Position numbers and translations under genes: made by a program
Notes under the pieces: model-generated
Database searches by the model: none
The model's input: the letters and a program-made list of their open reading frames with translations, nothing else
Told to the model about the DNA's origin: nothing
In this document: positions 1 to 8,304 of the stretch, in pieces
Numbering within the stretch: the stretch's first letter is position 1
Layout: every line of letters starts with the position of its first letter
IMG/VR virus record: IMGVR_UViG_3300002835_000047
Location: 1 to 64,000 of that record
Strand: one strand, 5' to 3'
DNA length: 64,000 nt
Origin: a virus

Positions 1-337
1 TGGGTTCCACCCAAAACAAGCCTTTCAAAGGCTCGCCGGTTTCCTGATCAGTAATAGCCTTATTACTGAGGCGGAAGCCGGGAATGGGCATTCCAACTTT
101 AAGCTTGCTTTGCAATTGCTTAATAGTTGGATGACTGGCTTTCATAGTTTCGCCGGTCTGTGGATCGGTCAAACTAAGAATGCCAAATTGCAGGTTATCA
201 GTTTGGGCTCTTGCCCCAACTTGGAATCCTGCAATTTCAGCCTTGACGCTTGTCAATGGCTGATCAGAAACAATGATGACAGCACTTTGTGTGTCAGCAT
301 TGATTCTGAATTTACGGAAAAAAACTGTCTCTGACAT
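1..337 (-). CDS. Hypothetical protein, partial (runs off the window start); first gene of the oppositely transcribed arm
   Basis: Manual translation from ATG at 337-335 is stop-free to the window edge: MSETVFFRKFRINADTQSAVIIVSDQPLTSVKAEIAGFQVGARAQTDNLQFGILSLTDPQTGETMKASHPTIKQLQSKLKVGMPIPGFRLSNKAITDQETGEPLKGLFWVEP. On the minus strand the ATG has an A-rich leader. Absent from the ORF track, presumably because it has no stop in the window. Confidence 0.85.
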   Translation of the reverse strand, partial: MSETVFFRKFRINADTQSAVIIVSDQPLTSVKAEIAGFQVGARAQTDNLQFGILSLTDPQTGETMKASHPTIKQLQSKLKVGMPIPGFRLSNKAITDQETGEPLKGLFWVEP

Positions 338-364
338 GGTTTTTTTTTAAATGGTTTTACATAT

Positions 365-483
365 CCGGGGACACCCCCGGTCAAAATATAGCCGGGGAGC
401 GGTTCAATGGGACCCCCACACAATGCAATAAATAGGTGGGGGTGGTTTACGGGGGTATATATTTTCCCTATATGGATGGGGGG
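365..483. other. GC-rich hairpin/G-tract island at the strand-divergence point
   Basis: Inverted repeats CCGGGG-acac-CCCCGG (365-380) and ACCCCCAC/GTGGGGGT (412-419/436-443). G-runs at 367-370, 394-397, 438-442, 451-455 and 478-483 in an otherwise AT-rich genome. Confidence 0.75.
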
Positions 484-491
484 TAGTTAAA

Positions 492-527
492 TTTGGGACT
501 GAAAAAAAAAATTGGTATATTGTAGTA
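492..527 (+). promoter_or_regulatory. Putative promoter TTTG-N20-TATATTGTA
   Basis: TTTG at 492-495 and TATATTGTAGTA at 516-527. The same architecture recurs at 16741 and 18115. Confidence 0.5.
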
Positions 528-787
528 TGGATAAAGTTATTGAATTTGAAACAAAACTCAAGCAAGCTTATTATAGCACTTATAGGATCATTACTAATAA
601 GGTTAGCTTCACGGATCTATTAGATGAGGATGTCAGTAAGGGAGCTGTGACACTTTTGGTTCATGACCCGGATAAGGAAATAAGTGAGAGTACTATAAAG
701 GATGTGATTAAATACTATGAGGAATCCGAAGAATATGAGAGATGTGCTGAGTTATTGGATGTATTAAATAAAAAAATAAATATATAA
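527..787 (+). CDS. Hypothetical protein with a C-terminal UVR-like motif
   Basis: The track ORF 512..787 starts at TTG; the in-frame ATG at 527 (MDKVIEF) is more plausible. The C-terminal YYEESEEYERCAELLD resembles the UvrB/C (UVR) motif. Confidence 0.7.
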   Translation: MDKVIEFETKLKQAYYSTYRIITNKVSFTDLLDEDVSKGAVTLLVHDPDKEISESTIKDVIKYYEESEEYERCAELLDVLNKKINI

Positions 788-812
788 ACCTTTTTTATTT
801 AACTTTATTTGG

Positions 813-820
813 TATATTTG
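813..820 (+). promoter_or_regulatory. Bacteroidota-type -7 promoter box (TAnnTTTG)
   Basis: TATATTTG in the intergenic gap 22 nt upstream of the ATG at 843. Confidence 0.55.
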
Positions 821-842
821 CAATAGTTAAACCAAATAAAAA

Positions 843-1133
843 ATGCAAAACAATTCAGAACAAGAAGCTGGACCACAGCTTTCAAAGGAGGAAATTGCCC
901 AAAAGAGGGAAGAGATTACAGAATTTTACAGGTCCAATATTGGGCATTTGGAGGTTCAGGTAAAATACGAAAATTTGCTTGCTGAAATTGAGGAGGCTAG
1001 AGCAAGAAGGGCCAGAGCTCAAATGTTTATGGCTCAGCTTTTTGCTGAATCTAATCCGGAGACTGACTCCCCAAATGACACAGATGAAGAAATGCTTGAA
1101 GAAGCACCTCGTAGATCTTTAAAGAGAAACTAG
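843..1133 (+). CDS. Hypothetical helical/acidic protein
   Basis: 96-aa ORF with an A-rich leader, a coiled-coil-like core and an acidic tail. Confidence 0.8.
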   Translation: MQNNSEQEAGPQLSKEEIAQKREEITEFYRSNIGHLEVQVKYENLLAEIEEARARRARAQMFMAQLFAESNPETDSPNDTDEEMLEEAPRRSLKRN

Positions 1134-1134
1134 T

Positions 1135-2052
1135 ATGAGGATGCTAAAAAAGGGGGATACTGGTCAAGATGTAGTAAAGCTGCAGCAACTTTTGAATTTG
1201 AAGGCTGATGGGATTTTTGGTGAAAAGACTAGAGCTGCGGTAGTAAACTATCAGTTGTACCATGAGCTTTTTCCGGATGGTGTTGTTGGAAATGCAACCT
1301 GGACGCTTCTTTTGTCAAAGACCGGGTTTGCTGAGGCTATTGATAAGGACACAGATTTATCTGTTAGTTACAAGTCAAACAACTATGATCAGCTGATACA
1401 TCAGTATTATATGCCTAAGAATGAGTATGTTAGTGAAAATGTACCTAAGGAGTATGTTGTTCTTCACCATACAGCCGGTGATGACAATCCTTATAGTACT
1501 ATTGATATATGGGCTAAAGACACCCGTGGGCGTATAGGTACTGAGTTTGTGTTGGGTGGTCAAGATCATACTACAAGTGCAAGCAAATATGATGGCACAA
1601 TGGTTCAAGCTTTTCCGACTGGTAATAATGCTTGGCACATAGGTAACTCAGGATCAGGCTATATGAATCGGAGGGCTGTAGGTCTAGAAATTTGCTCAAT
1701 GGGGTATCTTGACGCTAAATTTAAAACCTACAGGAAGAGTACTGCTGCTCCTGAGCAGGTTATTACGTTAGACTCACCCTTTAGGGGATTTGTAAATTGG
1801 CACCGGTATTCAGATAACCAAATTGATGCTATATCTAAATGGTTAAGATTTATTGGTGAAAGAGACGGTGTTGATTTAAAAGTTGGTTTGTACCAGTGGA
1901 TTAAGAAAGACGGTCCCAAGAAAGCTTTTGAATTTCAGGAGGATGCTTATTATGGAAAAGTAAAAGGTTTATTATCTCACACTAATATTAGGCGTGATAA
2001 GATGGATGTTTATCCGGATCCAAGGCTGATAGATGTTATTATGAGTTTATAG
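1135..2052 (+). CDS. Endolysin: N-terminal peptidoglycan-binding domain plus N-acetylmuramoyl-L-alanine amidase (Amidase_2-like)
   Basis: PG-binding signature LKKGDTGQDVVKLQ...DGIFGEKT...DGVVGNATW. Amidase Zn-ligand motifs VVLHHTAG, AWHIG, GLEICS and LLSH...DKMD. Confidence 0.9.
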   Translation: MRMLKKGDTGQDVVKLQQLLNLKADGIFGEKTRAAVVNYQLYHELFPDGVVGNATWTLLLSKTGFAEAIDKDTDLSVSYKSNNYDQLIHQYYMPKNEYVSENVPKEYVVLHHTAGDDNPYSTIDIWAKDTRGRIGTEFVLGGQDHTTSASKYDGTMVQAFPTGNNAWHIGNSGSGYMNRRAVGLEICSMGYLDAKFKTYRKSTAAPEQVITLDSPFRGFVNWHRYSDNQIDAISKWLRFIGERDGVDLKVGLYQWIKKDGPKKAFEFQEDAYYGKVKGLLSHTNIRRDKMDVYPDPRLIDVIMSL

Positions 2053-2080
2053 TAAACCAGTAAGTGTAAACTAATATAAA

Positions 2081-2443
2081 ATGCCATTAGTAAATAAAGT
2101 AGATAAGAGAATTAGAACAACGAGTGAAAATGCTGTGAAATATCAGATTTTCACTCATTGCTTCTTTAATTCAATTCATATTACAGATTCTGAGTTAGAT
2201 TGTTTAACGCAACTTGCTTTAAATAAAGACATTGAGCTTACCAAGTTCTGCAGTATTGTGTTCAATATGAAAATCTTTAAGAGTGAACAATCTGTGCGTA
2301 ATGCTTTGGCTAAAGCGTACTCTAGGAATCTTATAGTTAAATCCGGTAAAAACAAAAAAATTATCAGACTTAATGATGATATACAAGTTCCTGAACCAGG
2401 AAACATACTTTTAGATTTTAAAATATTTGGTAGTGAATCCTAA
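2081..2443 (+). CDS. Hypothetical protein, possibly winged-helix DNA-binding
   Basis: 120 aa; the segment SEQSVRNALAKAYSRNLIVKSGKNKKIIRL resembles a wHTH recognition helix and wing. Confidence 0.65.
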   Translation: MPLVNKVDKRIRTTSENAVKYQIFTHCFFNSIHITDSELDCLTQLALNKDIELTKFCSIVFNMKIFKSEQSVRNALAKAYSRNLIVKSGKNKKIIRLNDDIQVPEPGNILLDFKIFGSES

Positions 2444-2807
2444 AAAGTACAAAGATTTTGAAGATGGCATTGCCGAAGAAGTTGGTGTACATCCTAAGGT
2501 TGTCTCTGATTTTATAGATTTTTTCTACACTGAAGTTAGAAAAAATTTAAGTAATTTAAATAGTACCAGGGTTTACATTGAGAGTCTTGGTACGTTTGTG
2601 ATTAGGAAAAAGAAATTGGAAAAGACTATTAAGAGAAATAAAGATATTTTAGGGAATCTTGCTAAGAACACGTACAATGGTTATGAAAAAAGCGTTGCTG
2701 TAAAAGAAAAGCTTGAAATGCTTGAAAAGATAAATGCTGAGTATGATGAGATTTTAAAAGACAAACAAAAGTTTAAGATTGATAAGTATTCAAAAACAAA
2801 AAGTTAA
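2433..2807 (+). CDS. HU/IHF-like DNA-binding protein
   Basis: Helix-helix-strand pattern IAEEVGVHPKVVSDFIDFFYTEVRKNL...VYIESLGTFVIR. GTG at 2433 is preferred over the TTG at 2427. Confidence 0.7.
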   Translation: MNPKKYKDFEDGIAEEVGVHPKVVSDFIDFFYTEVRKNLSNLNSTRVYIESLGTFVIRKKKLEKTIKRNKDILGNLAKNTYNGYEKSVAVKEKLEMLEKINAEYDEILKDKQKFKIDKYSKTKS

Positions 2808-2809
2808 AA

Positions 2810-3130
2810 ATGGATTTAAAGAAATTTTTAGGCGCTTTTGGAAATAGTTCTCAGATATTTGAGGGTATTAAGAACAATATCTTTAAAAAGGAACATATAG
2901 AAGCAGAGGCTGCATTACGGTGGTCTATATGTAAAAAATGCGACAGCCTGGATACAATTGGTGAAAAGTGTATTGCTTATGGTACGCAACCATGTTGTAA
3001 AGAGTGCGGTTGCAGTTTACAATTTAAAACTCGTGCTTTGTCATCTAGTTGCCCAAAGAACAAGTGGAAAGCAATTATGGATGAAGAAACAGAACAAAAA
3101 CTTAAAACAAATATTAATTATGAAGATTGA
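2810..3130 (+). CDS. Cys-rich putative zinc-binding protein
   Basis: CKKC...C...CCKECGC...SSSCPKNKW pattern. Confidence 0.75.
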   Translation: MDLKKFLGAFGNSSQIFEGIKNNIFKKEHIEAEAALRWSICKKCDSLDTIGEKCIAYGTQPCCKECGCSLQFKTRALSSSCPKNKWKAIMDEETEQKLKTNINYED

Positions 3131-3419
3131 ACTTTTTGAATCTGAGATTAACGCTATTGATAGTAATGAAGAATTGGGGGAGTATGTTAGATCTAAAATG
3201 CTATTTGTTAAGTCTATTGATAATGAAGAAGCATTTGAAATATTGCTTAGTGATTTAAATGATATTGATAATTCTGATGGTGAAGCTGGTTTGAATGATT
3301 CCGTTATACCGGAAGGTGAATATATCAATATGTTAGAAAATGTTTCTATTTCAGCATATCCACCTAATGAGTGGGTTTCTACTAATACTTCTATTTATAA
3401 TTTGGATATTAAGTTTTAA
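3120..3419 (+). CDS. Acidic hypothetical protein
   Basis: The in-frame ATG at 3120 (MKIELFESE) overlaps the upstream stop. The track's start at 2958 would overlap the previous gene for most of its length. Confidence 0.7.
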   Translation: MKIELFESEINAIDSNEELGEYVRSKMLFVKSIDNEEAFEILLSDLNDIDNSDGEAGLNDSVIPEGEYINMLENVSISAYPPNEWVSTNTSIYNLDIKF

Positions 3420-3421
3420 CT

Positions 3422-4231
3422 ATGGGTGTTTTATTTAATGAGGCCGGGCATGAATACAAAAGTATTAAAGATGACGGTATAGACTGGGTTAGTGTAACAT
3501 CTTTTATTGGTAAGTTTAAGCGTAAGTTTGATGCTAGAGCTACAGCAAAGAAGGTAGTGCAAAATAAAAAATCAAAATGGTATGGGATGAAGGAGTCCGA
3601 TGTTATTGCCATTTGGGATAATGAAACAGAACGAGCTATTACTTTAGGTAATTGGTATCACCGGCAAAGGGAATCTGATTTTTTTGAATTTGAAACTATA
3701 AGCAAAGATGGTGTTGAGCTTCCAATTGTAAAACCAATTATTGAAAATGGAGTTAAGATTTCATCAGATCAAAGATTATGTGAAGGGATTTATCCTGAGC
3801 ATTTAGTTTATTTGAAGTCTGCCGGAATTTGTGGCCAAGCAGATTTAATTGAGGTTATTGGCAATACGTTTAATATCACAGACTATAAAACAAATAAGGA
3901 GATTAAAGAGAAAAGTTTTACAAATTGGGAGGGTGTATCTGAAAAGATGGAAGCACCACTTTCACATTTAGATGACTGCAATCTTAATCATTATAACTTA
4001 CAATTGAGTATTTATGCGTATATTATAAAGAAGCATAATCCGAGATTAAGTGTTGGCAAACTCACATTACAGCATGTGAAATTTTCTCAAATTGGAAATG
4101 ACAAAAATGGTTATCCCATAATTGAGTATTCCAACGGGGAACCGGTTATTGAAGATATCGTATTTTATGAGCTTCCATATTTAAAGGATGAAGTTAGTAG
4201 TTTAATGCACTGGTTAAAAGATAGAAAATGA
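3422..4231 (+). CDS. PD-(D/E)XK nuclease (Cas4/exonuclease-like)
   Basis: E...GICGQADLIE...ITDYKTNK catalytic motif, plus HYNLQLSIYAY. Confidence 0.85.
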   Translation: MGVLFNEAGHEYKSIKDDGIDWVSVTSFIGKFKRKFDARATAKKVVQNKKSKWYGMKESDVIAIWDNETERAITLGNWYHRQRESDFFEFETISKDGVELPIVKPIIENGVKISSDQRLCEGIYPEHLVYLKSAGICGQADLIEVIGNTFNITDYKTNKEIKEKSFTNWEGVSEKMEAPLSHLDDCNLNHYNLQLSIYAYIIKKHNPRLSVGKLTLQHVKFSQIGNDKNGYPIIEYSNGEPVIEDIVFYELPYLKDEVSSLMHWLKDRK

Positions 4232-4746
4232 TAATAAGATTATTTGATGTTCAAAATGGTAAAGCAATTCCAACTGAACATTGCTATATACTGGATTCCT
4301 TAAAAGCCGTTATGGAAAGTTATCCGGAAACGTATATGTCTGTTTATCAGTATATATTTTATATGACCTGCCCTAATCCAGATATGAATCCTTTTTTTAA
4401 TGTGCCTGAAAGCGAAAAAGAAGAATTAATTATTGAAGCTGTATTATTGGAAGAATCTCCCGAAGATGAAGTAATTTTAAGGGCTATTGCAACATGTAAT
4501 AAACTTTATGAAACACCTACATACAGAGCTTATAGAGGTATTAAGTCTATGTTAGATAGATTGGCTAAATATATGGAAACAACAGCTATTGAACATGGTC
4601 GAGATGGCAATATTAATTCACTTATAAACGCTGCAGCAAAGTTTGAACAAATTAGAGCATCGTATAAAGGAACTCTAAATGATATGAAACAAGAACAAGA
4701 AAGTCATGTTCGTGGTGGTCAAGGTTTAGCTTATGATCAAATTTAA
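4228..4746 (+). CDS. Conserved crAss-like hypothetical protein (possible terminase small subunit)
   Basis: 172-aa helical protein with an ATGA overlap, lying upstream of TerL. The small-subunit role is inferred from synteny only. Confidence 0.6.
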   Translation: MIIRLFDVQNGKAIPTEHCYILDSLKAVMESYPETYMSVYQYIFYMTCPNPDMNPFFNVPESEKEELIIEAVLLEESPEDEVILRAIATCNKLYETPTYRAYRGIKSMLDRLAKYMETTAIEHGRDGNINSLINAAAKFEQIRASYKGTLNDMKQEQESHVRGGQGLAYDQI

Positions 4747-4749
4747 TTT

Positions 4750-5385
4750 ATGGCGTATTTAAATCATAATCTTCCATTGACACCTTGCTTTATCCGCAAT
4801 GAGTTTTTGTTTAACCATGAGCGTGGTTATGGTGAATATACTGTGGCAAACATACATACTGTTGCATCAATAGAAGGAATGGTACCTTTGTTTGAGGCGT
4901 TTTTAGAAAATGGAGTTAATTGGACTCGCCGGCCTATTCATGCTTTTTGCTGGAAAAAAGATGCAGAAGTTTTACCGCTCAGTGAACATGTTTACTGGGA
5001 TAGTTTTAGTCCGTACATTGATGTGCAAGTAAGAGCACGTTTGTATCCATTAAGTGCTGAATTGCGATCTATTAGTGGGGTTAAAAGATTGGGTGTCTAT
5101 ATGTTTACACTCGATTGGTCTCACGAAAACAAAACAATGTTGGACACAAATTTTTCTGAAACATATGAGCATAAATGTGGGCATGTGTTTAAAATGGATA
5201 ATGGCAACTATTTTATTTATCCCAATAACAGGATTGTTTGGATTGATAAAGCTTACACATTTAACAGAATTAATAATAACCCAGGTTATAAAATTGACAC
5301 GAATTTGTACACTGTTGATTCTAGTCGCGGTTATTCTACAGATAGTAGTTATATTACAGATTTTAATACAGAAACAAAACTATGA
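4750..5385 (+). CDS. Phage hypothetical protein (MAYLNxN family)
   Basis: 211-aa ORF. The N-terminus MAYLNHNLP...IRNEFL...LENGVNWTRRPIHAF and the PNNRIVW motif resemble a widespread family in aquatic phages (recognised from memory). Confidence 0.75.
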   Translation: MAYLNHNLPLTPCFIRNEFLFNHERGYGEYTVANIHTVASIEGMVPLFEAFLENGVNWTRRPIHAFCWKKDAEVLPLSEHVYWDSFSPYIDVQVRARLYPLSAELRSISGVKRLGVYMFTLDWSHENKTMLDTNFSETYEHKCGHVFKMDNGNYFIYPNNRIVWIDKAYTFNRINNNPGYKIDTNLYTVDSSRGYSTDSSYITDFNTETKL

Positions 5386-5744
5386 TTTTATTTAAAACTT
5401 CAATTAGAGAATCAAAAGGTAAAGGCTTAGGTTTGTTTACTGATGAGTTTATTCCAAAAGACTCATTGGTATATAAAGATAGTACTAGCAAAATTCATAA
5501 AAATGATATCCAAAAGCTAAGTGCCTTTTCAACTTTATATATTGAAACTTACACTTGGAATGTGGGTGATTATGTATATTATACTGTGGATGATACTATG
5601 TATATTAATCATGCCGACAATCCATCTGTTGACGGTGCCACTGGAAAGGCTCTACGAGATATTAATGTTGGAGAAGAAATTACAGAGCATTATTCTACAT
5701 TTGATCCTACTTATGATACATATAAACATTTATTAAAGCCTTAA
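5382..5744 (+). CDS. SET-domain protein (putative protein-lysine methyltransferase)
   Basis: All three SET signatures are present: GKGLGLF (GxG), YINHADNP (NHSxxPN-like) and ALRDINVGEEITEHY (xRDIxxGEELTxDY). Confidence 0.9.
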   Translation: MILFKTSIRESKGKGLGLFTDEFIPKDSLVYKDSTSKIHKNDIQKLSAFSTLYIETYTWNVGDYVYYTVDDTMYINHADNPSVDGATGKALRDINVGEEITEHYSTFDPTYDTYKHLLKP

Positions 5745-5746
5745 TT

Positions 5747-5899
5747 ATGAGTAAACATCCTAAATTAATTTTTTGTTATTGGGACGATTGCCATTTTATA
5801 AATGAAGGAAATAAGAAAAAATATAAAATAGTAAAAGATGAAAAACCAAAAGATAACCCCGATAGGGAAAAAGATCCTGATACTGGAAAAAAAACCTGA
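5747..5899 (+). CDS. Small hypothetical protein (50 aa), not in the ORF track
   Basis: ATG at 5747, 2 nt after the SET stop, to TGA at 5897-5899: MSKHPKLIFCYWDDCHFINEGNKKKYKIVKDEKPKDNPDREKDPDTGKKT. It fills the gap before groES and overlaps it by 62 nt. Confidence 0.5.
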   Translation: MSKHPKLIFCYWDDCHFINEGNKKKYKIVKDEKPKDNPDREKDPDTGKKT

Positions 5900-6125
5900 G
5901 CAATTTTTTCCAGGCACTAAGATTATTATTCCGGATAATGTCCGTGAAAAAACCTATCAAGGCCACGTAGTTGGCATTGGTAAAGAAATTTCTGACATTA
6001 ATGTTGGAGATTTAGTTCAGTATGTTGATTATGCTAATGCACAGGAAATGTACCATGATGGTGTAAAACATCTACTAATTTCTCACGCTGATATTCTAGC
6101 TGTAATTACAGATTTTAGTGATTAG
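5838..6125 (+). CDS. groES: Co-chaperonin GroES-like protein
   Basis: ITPIGKKILI...IIIPD...GHVVGIG...INVGDLVQY...LLISHADILAVI matches the Cpn10 pattern. Confidence 0.85.
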   Translation: MKNQKITPIGKKILILEKKPEQFFPGTKIIIPDNVREKTYQGHVVGIGKEISDINVGDLVQYVDYANAQEMYHDGVKHLLISHADILAVITDFSD

Positions 6126-8304
6126 AGTTATACCCACATACGAGAATAACACATGGACCGTCACAAAATTTGATACGGATCAGGAGTTTATTGATTTTAT
6201 ACTTTCTATATTTAAAGTTCCTGGTGAATATGCCTTTGATGAAACATCTTGGGCATTTAATGAACAATCTAAAAATTTTGAGAGTCAGGGTTTTTACTGT
6301 GCTGCTCCATTTAGATCTAAAGATTTTAATTATTACTGGGATGATCAAAAGGAAAAGTGTAGAAAAGGAGTAATTTTTAAAAACAATGGTAATTTTTGGT
6401 ACCTTACTAGGGATTATTATATGTGGCTTAACTTTCTTCCTATTTATGATAAGGAAGAAAAAAAGTATGGGTTTGCTAAAGTAAGGGACGCTCAATATCA
6501 TATGGCTTTGTATGAGCTATTAGCGGAACTAAATTACAAGCATGTAGCAATATTAAAAAAACGTCAGATTGCATCTTCTTACTTTCACATGGGTAAGATT
6601 ATAAACACATATTGGTTTGAAGAGGGTAGCGTTTGTAAGATTGGTGCAAGTTTGAAAGATTATATAAACGATAAAGGTTCATGGAAATTCTTAGACGAAT
6701 ACAAAGACTTTCTTAATGAACACACTGCTTGGTACAGACCAAGCAATCCCGAAAAGGTTTTATTATGGCAGCAGCAAATTGAAGTAAGGGTTGGTAATAG
6801 AAAAACAACAAAGGGTTTAAAATCTAAAATACAAGGCACTTCATTTGAGAAAAGTCCAACCACCGGTGTTGGTGGACCAACGACATATTTCTTTCATGAA
6901 GAAGCGGGTATTGCGCCAAAGATGATGGAAACCTATGAGTATTTAAGACCGGCAATGTCATCTGGCCAACTTACAACTGGTATGTTTATTGGTGCTGGTT
7001 CTGTGGGTGATTTGGAACAATGCAAGCCACTCAAAGACATGATATTAAATCCCACTAATAATGATATATATGCTGTTGAAACAGATTTAATTGATGGGGA
7101 TAATACTATTGGTTTAGCCGGTTTATTTATACCTGAACAATGGTCAATGCCTCCGTATATTGACGAATATGGTAATTCTTTAGTATCAGAGGCGCTAGAA
7201 AGTATTTATAATCAAAGGGCTAAATGGAAGCTAGAATTAAACCCAGAGCAATATCAACTTAGGATATCTCAGTCCCCAACTAATATTGCTGAAGCTTTTG
7301 CTTACAGAAAAGAATCTATATTTCCCCAAGGTATTATTACAAAGCATCTTAAGAAGATAGAAGAAAAAAATTATCCTTATGAGTGCATTGAATTAGAAAT
7401 GACTAGCAGTGGGCTTGAAGCAAAAAGAAGCAACAAGCTTCCTATATCACAGTTTCCTATAGATAAGCAATCTACGGATAAGTCTGGAGTATTGGTTGTT
7501 TGGGAAAGACCTGCTAAAAATTCCGGGTTTTTAAATTACTACGCATCTGTTGACCCTGTTTCAGAAGGTAAAACAACCACATCTGATTCTTTGTGTAGCA
7601 TTTATATTTATAAAACGGCTACAGAAGTTAGGCGTGAAACCCCGGATGGCTATGAATCTTTTATAGAAAAGGATAAAATTGTTGCTGCCTGGTGTGGCCG
7701 ATATGATGATATTAATAAAACACACGAGCAATTAGAAAAAATTATTGAATGGTATAATGCTTGGACTGTAGTGGAAAACAACATATCCCTTTTTATTCAG
7801 CACATGATATCGAAGAAAAAGCAAAAGTATCTTGTGCCAAAGCATCAAATTTTATTCCTAAAAGATTTGGCATCAAATACCACTGTTTATCAAGAGTATG
7901 GTTGGAAGAACACAGGTACTTTGTTTAAAAGTCACCTTATTTCTTACGCCATTGAGTTTTTAAGGGAAGAAATTGATAGCGAGCTTGATTCTGAGGGGAA
8001 CATTATTAGTACTACGTTTGGTATTGAAAGAATTCCGGATCCAATGCTATTAAAGGAGATGCTAGCTTATCAACCAGGTGTAAACGTTGACCGGCTAGTT
8101 TCTTTTTCAGCTTTAGTTGCTTTTGCTAAAATACAGCAGTCAAATAGGGGATTTACCAAAAGAAATGAAGAAGATAATACAAAGAACTTGGAAAATCAGA
8201 AAAATTTGTATAAATTAAAGTATAGTCCGTTTAAAAATTTGGAAAAGAGGGGATCCACAATTTCCAGTAAAGTTTCTAAATCGGCTTTTAAAAATTTTAA
8301 ATAA
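6118..8304 (+). CDS. terL: Terminase large subunit
   Basis: Walker A-like LKKRQIASSY, Walker B FFHEEAG and RNase H-like ASVDPV. Adjacent to the portal gene, with crAss-type size. Confidence 0.93.
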   Translation: MIRVIPTYENNTWTVTKFDTDQEFIDFILSIFKVPGEYAFDETSWAFNEQSKNFESQGFYCAAPFRSKDFNYYWDDQKEKCRKGVIFKNNGNFWYLTRDYYMWLNFLPIYDKEEKKYGFAKVRDAQYHMALYELLAELNYKHVAILKKRQIASSYFHMGKIINTYWFEEGSVCKIGASLKDYINDKGSWKFLDEYKDFLNEHTAWYRPSNPEKVLLWQQQIEVRVGNRKTTKGLKSKIQGTSFEKSPTTGVGGPTTYFFHEEAGIAPKMMETYEYLRPAMSSGQLTTGMFIGAGSVGDLEQCKPLKDMILNPTNNDIYAVETDLIDGDNTIGLAGLFIPEQWSMPPYIDEYGNSLVSEALESIYNQRAKWKLELNPEQYQLRISQSPTNIAEAFAYRKESIFPQGIITKHLKKIEEKNYPYECIELEMTSSGLEAKRSNKLPISQFPIDKQSTDKSGVLVVWERPAKNSGFLNYYASVDPVSEGKTTTSDSLCSIYIYKTATEVRRETPDGYESFIEKDKIVAAWCGRYDDINKTHEQLEKIIEWYNAWTVVENNISLFIQHMISKKKQKYLVPKHQILFLKDLASNTTVYQEYGWKNTGTLFKSHLISYAIEFLREEIDSELDSEGNIISTTFGIERIPDPMLLKEMLAYQPGVNVDRLVSFSALVAFAKIQQSNRGFTKRNEEDNTKNLENQKNLYKLKYSPFKNLEKRGSTISSKVSKSAFKNFK

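Noticed and set aside
110-334. Track ORF of 74 aa on the + strand
   Set aside because: It is the antisense shadow of the more convincing minus-strand gene at 337..<1.
2958-3119. N-terminal extension of ORF 2958..3419
   Set aside because: It overlaps the Cys-rich gene 2810..3130 out of frame; the ATG at 3120 gives a clean coupled start.
3422-4231. Cas4 as part of a CRISPR system
   Set aside because: There are no other cas genes or repeats; stand-alone PD-(D/E)XK nucleases are common in phages.
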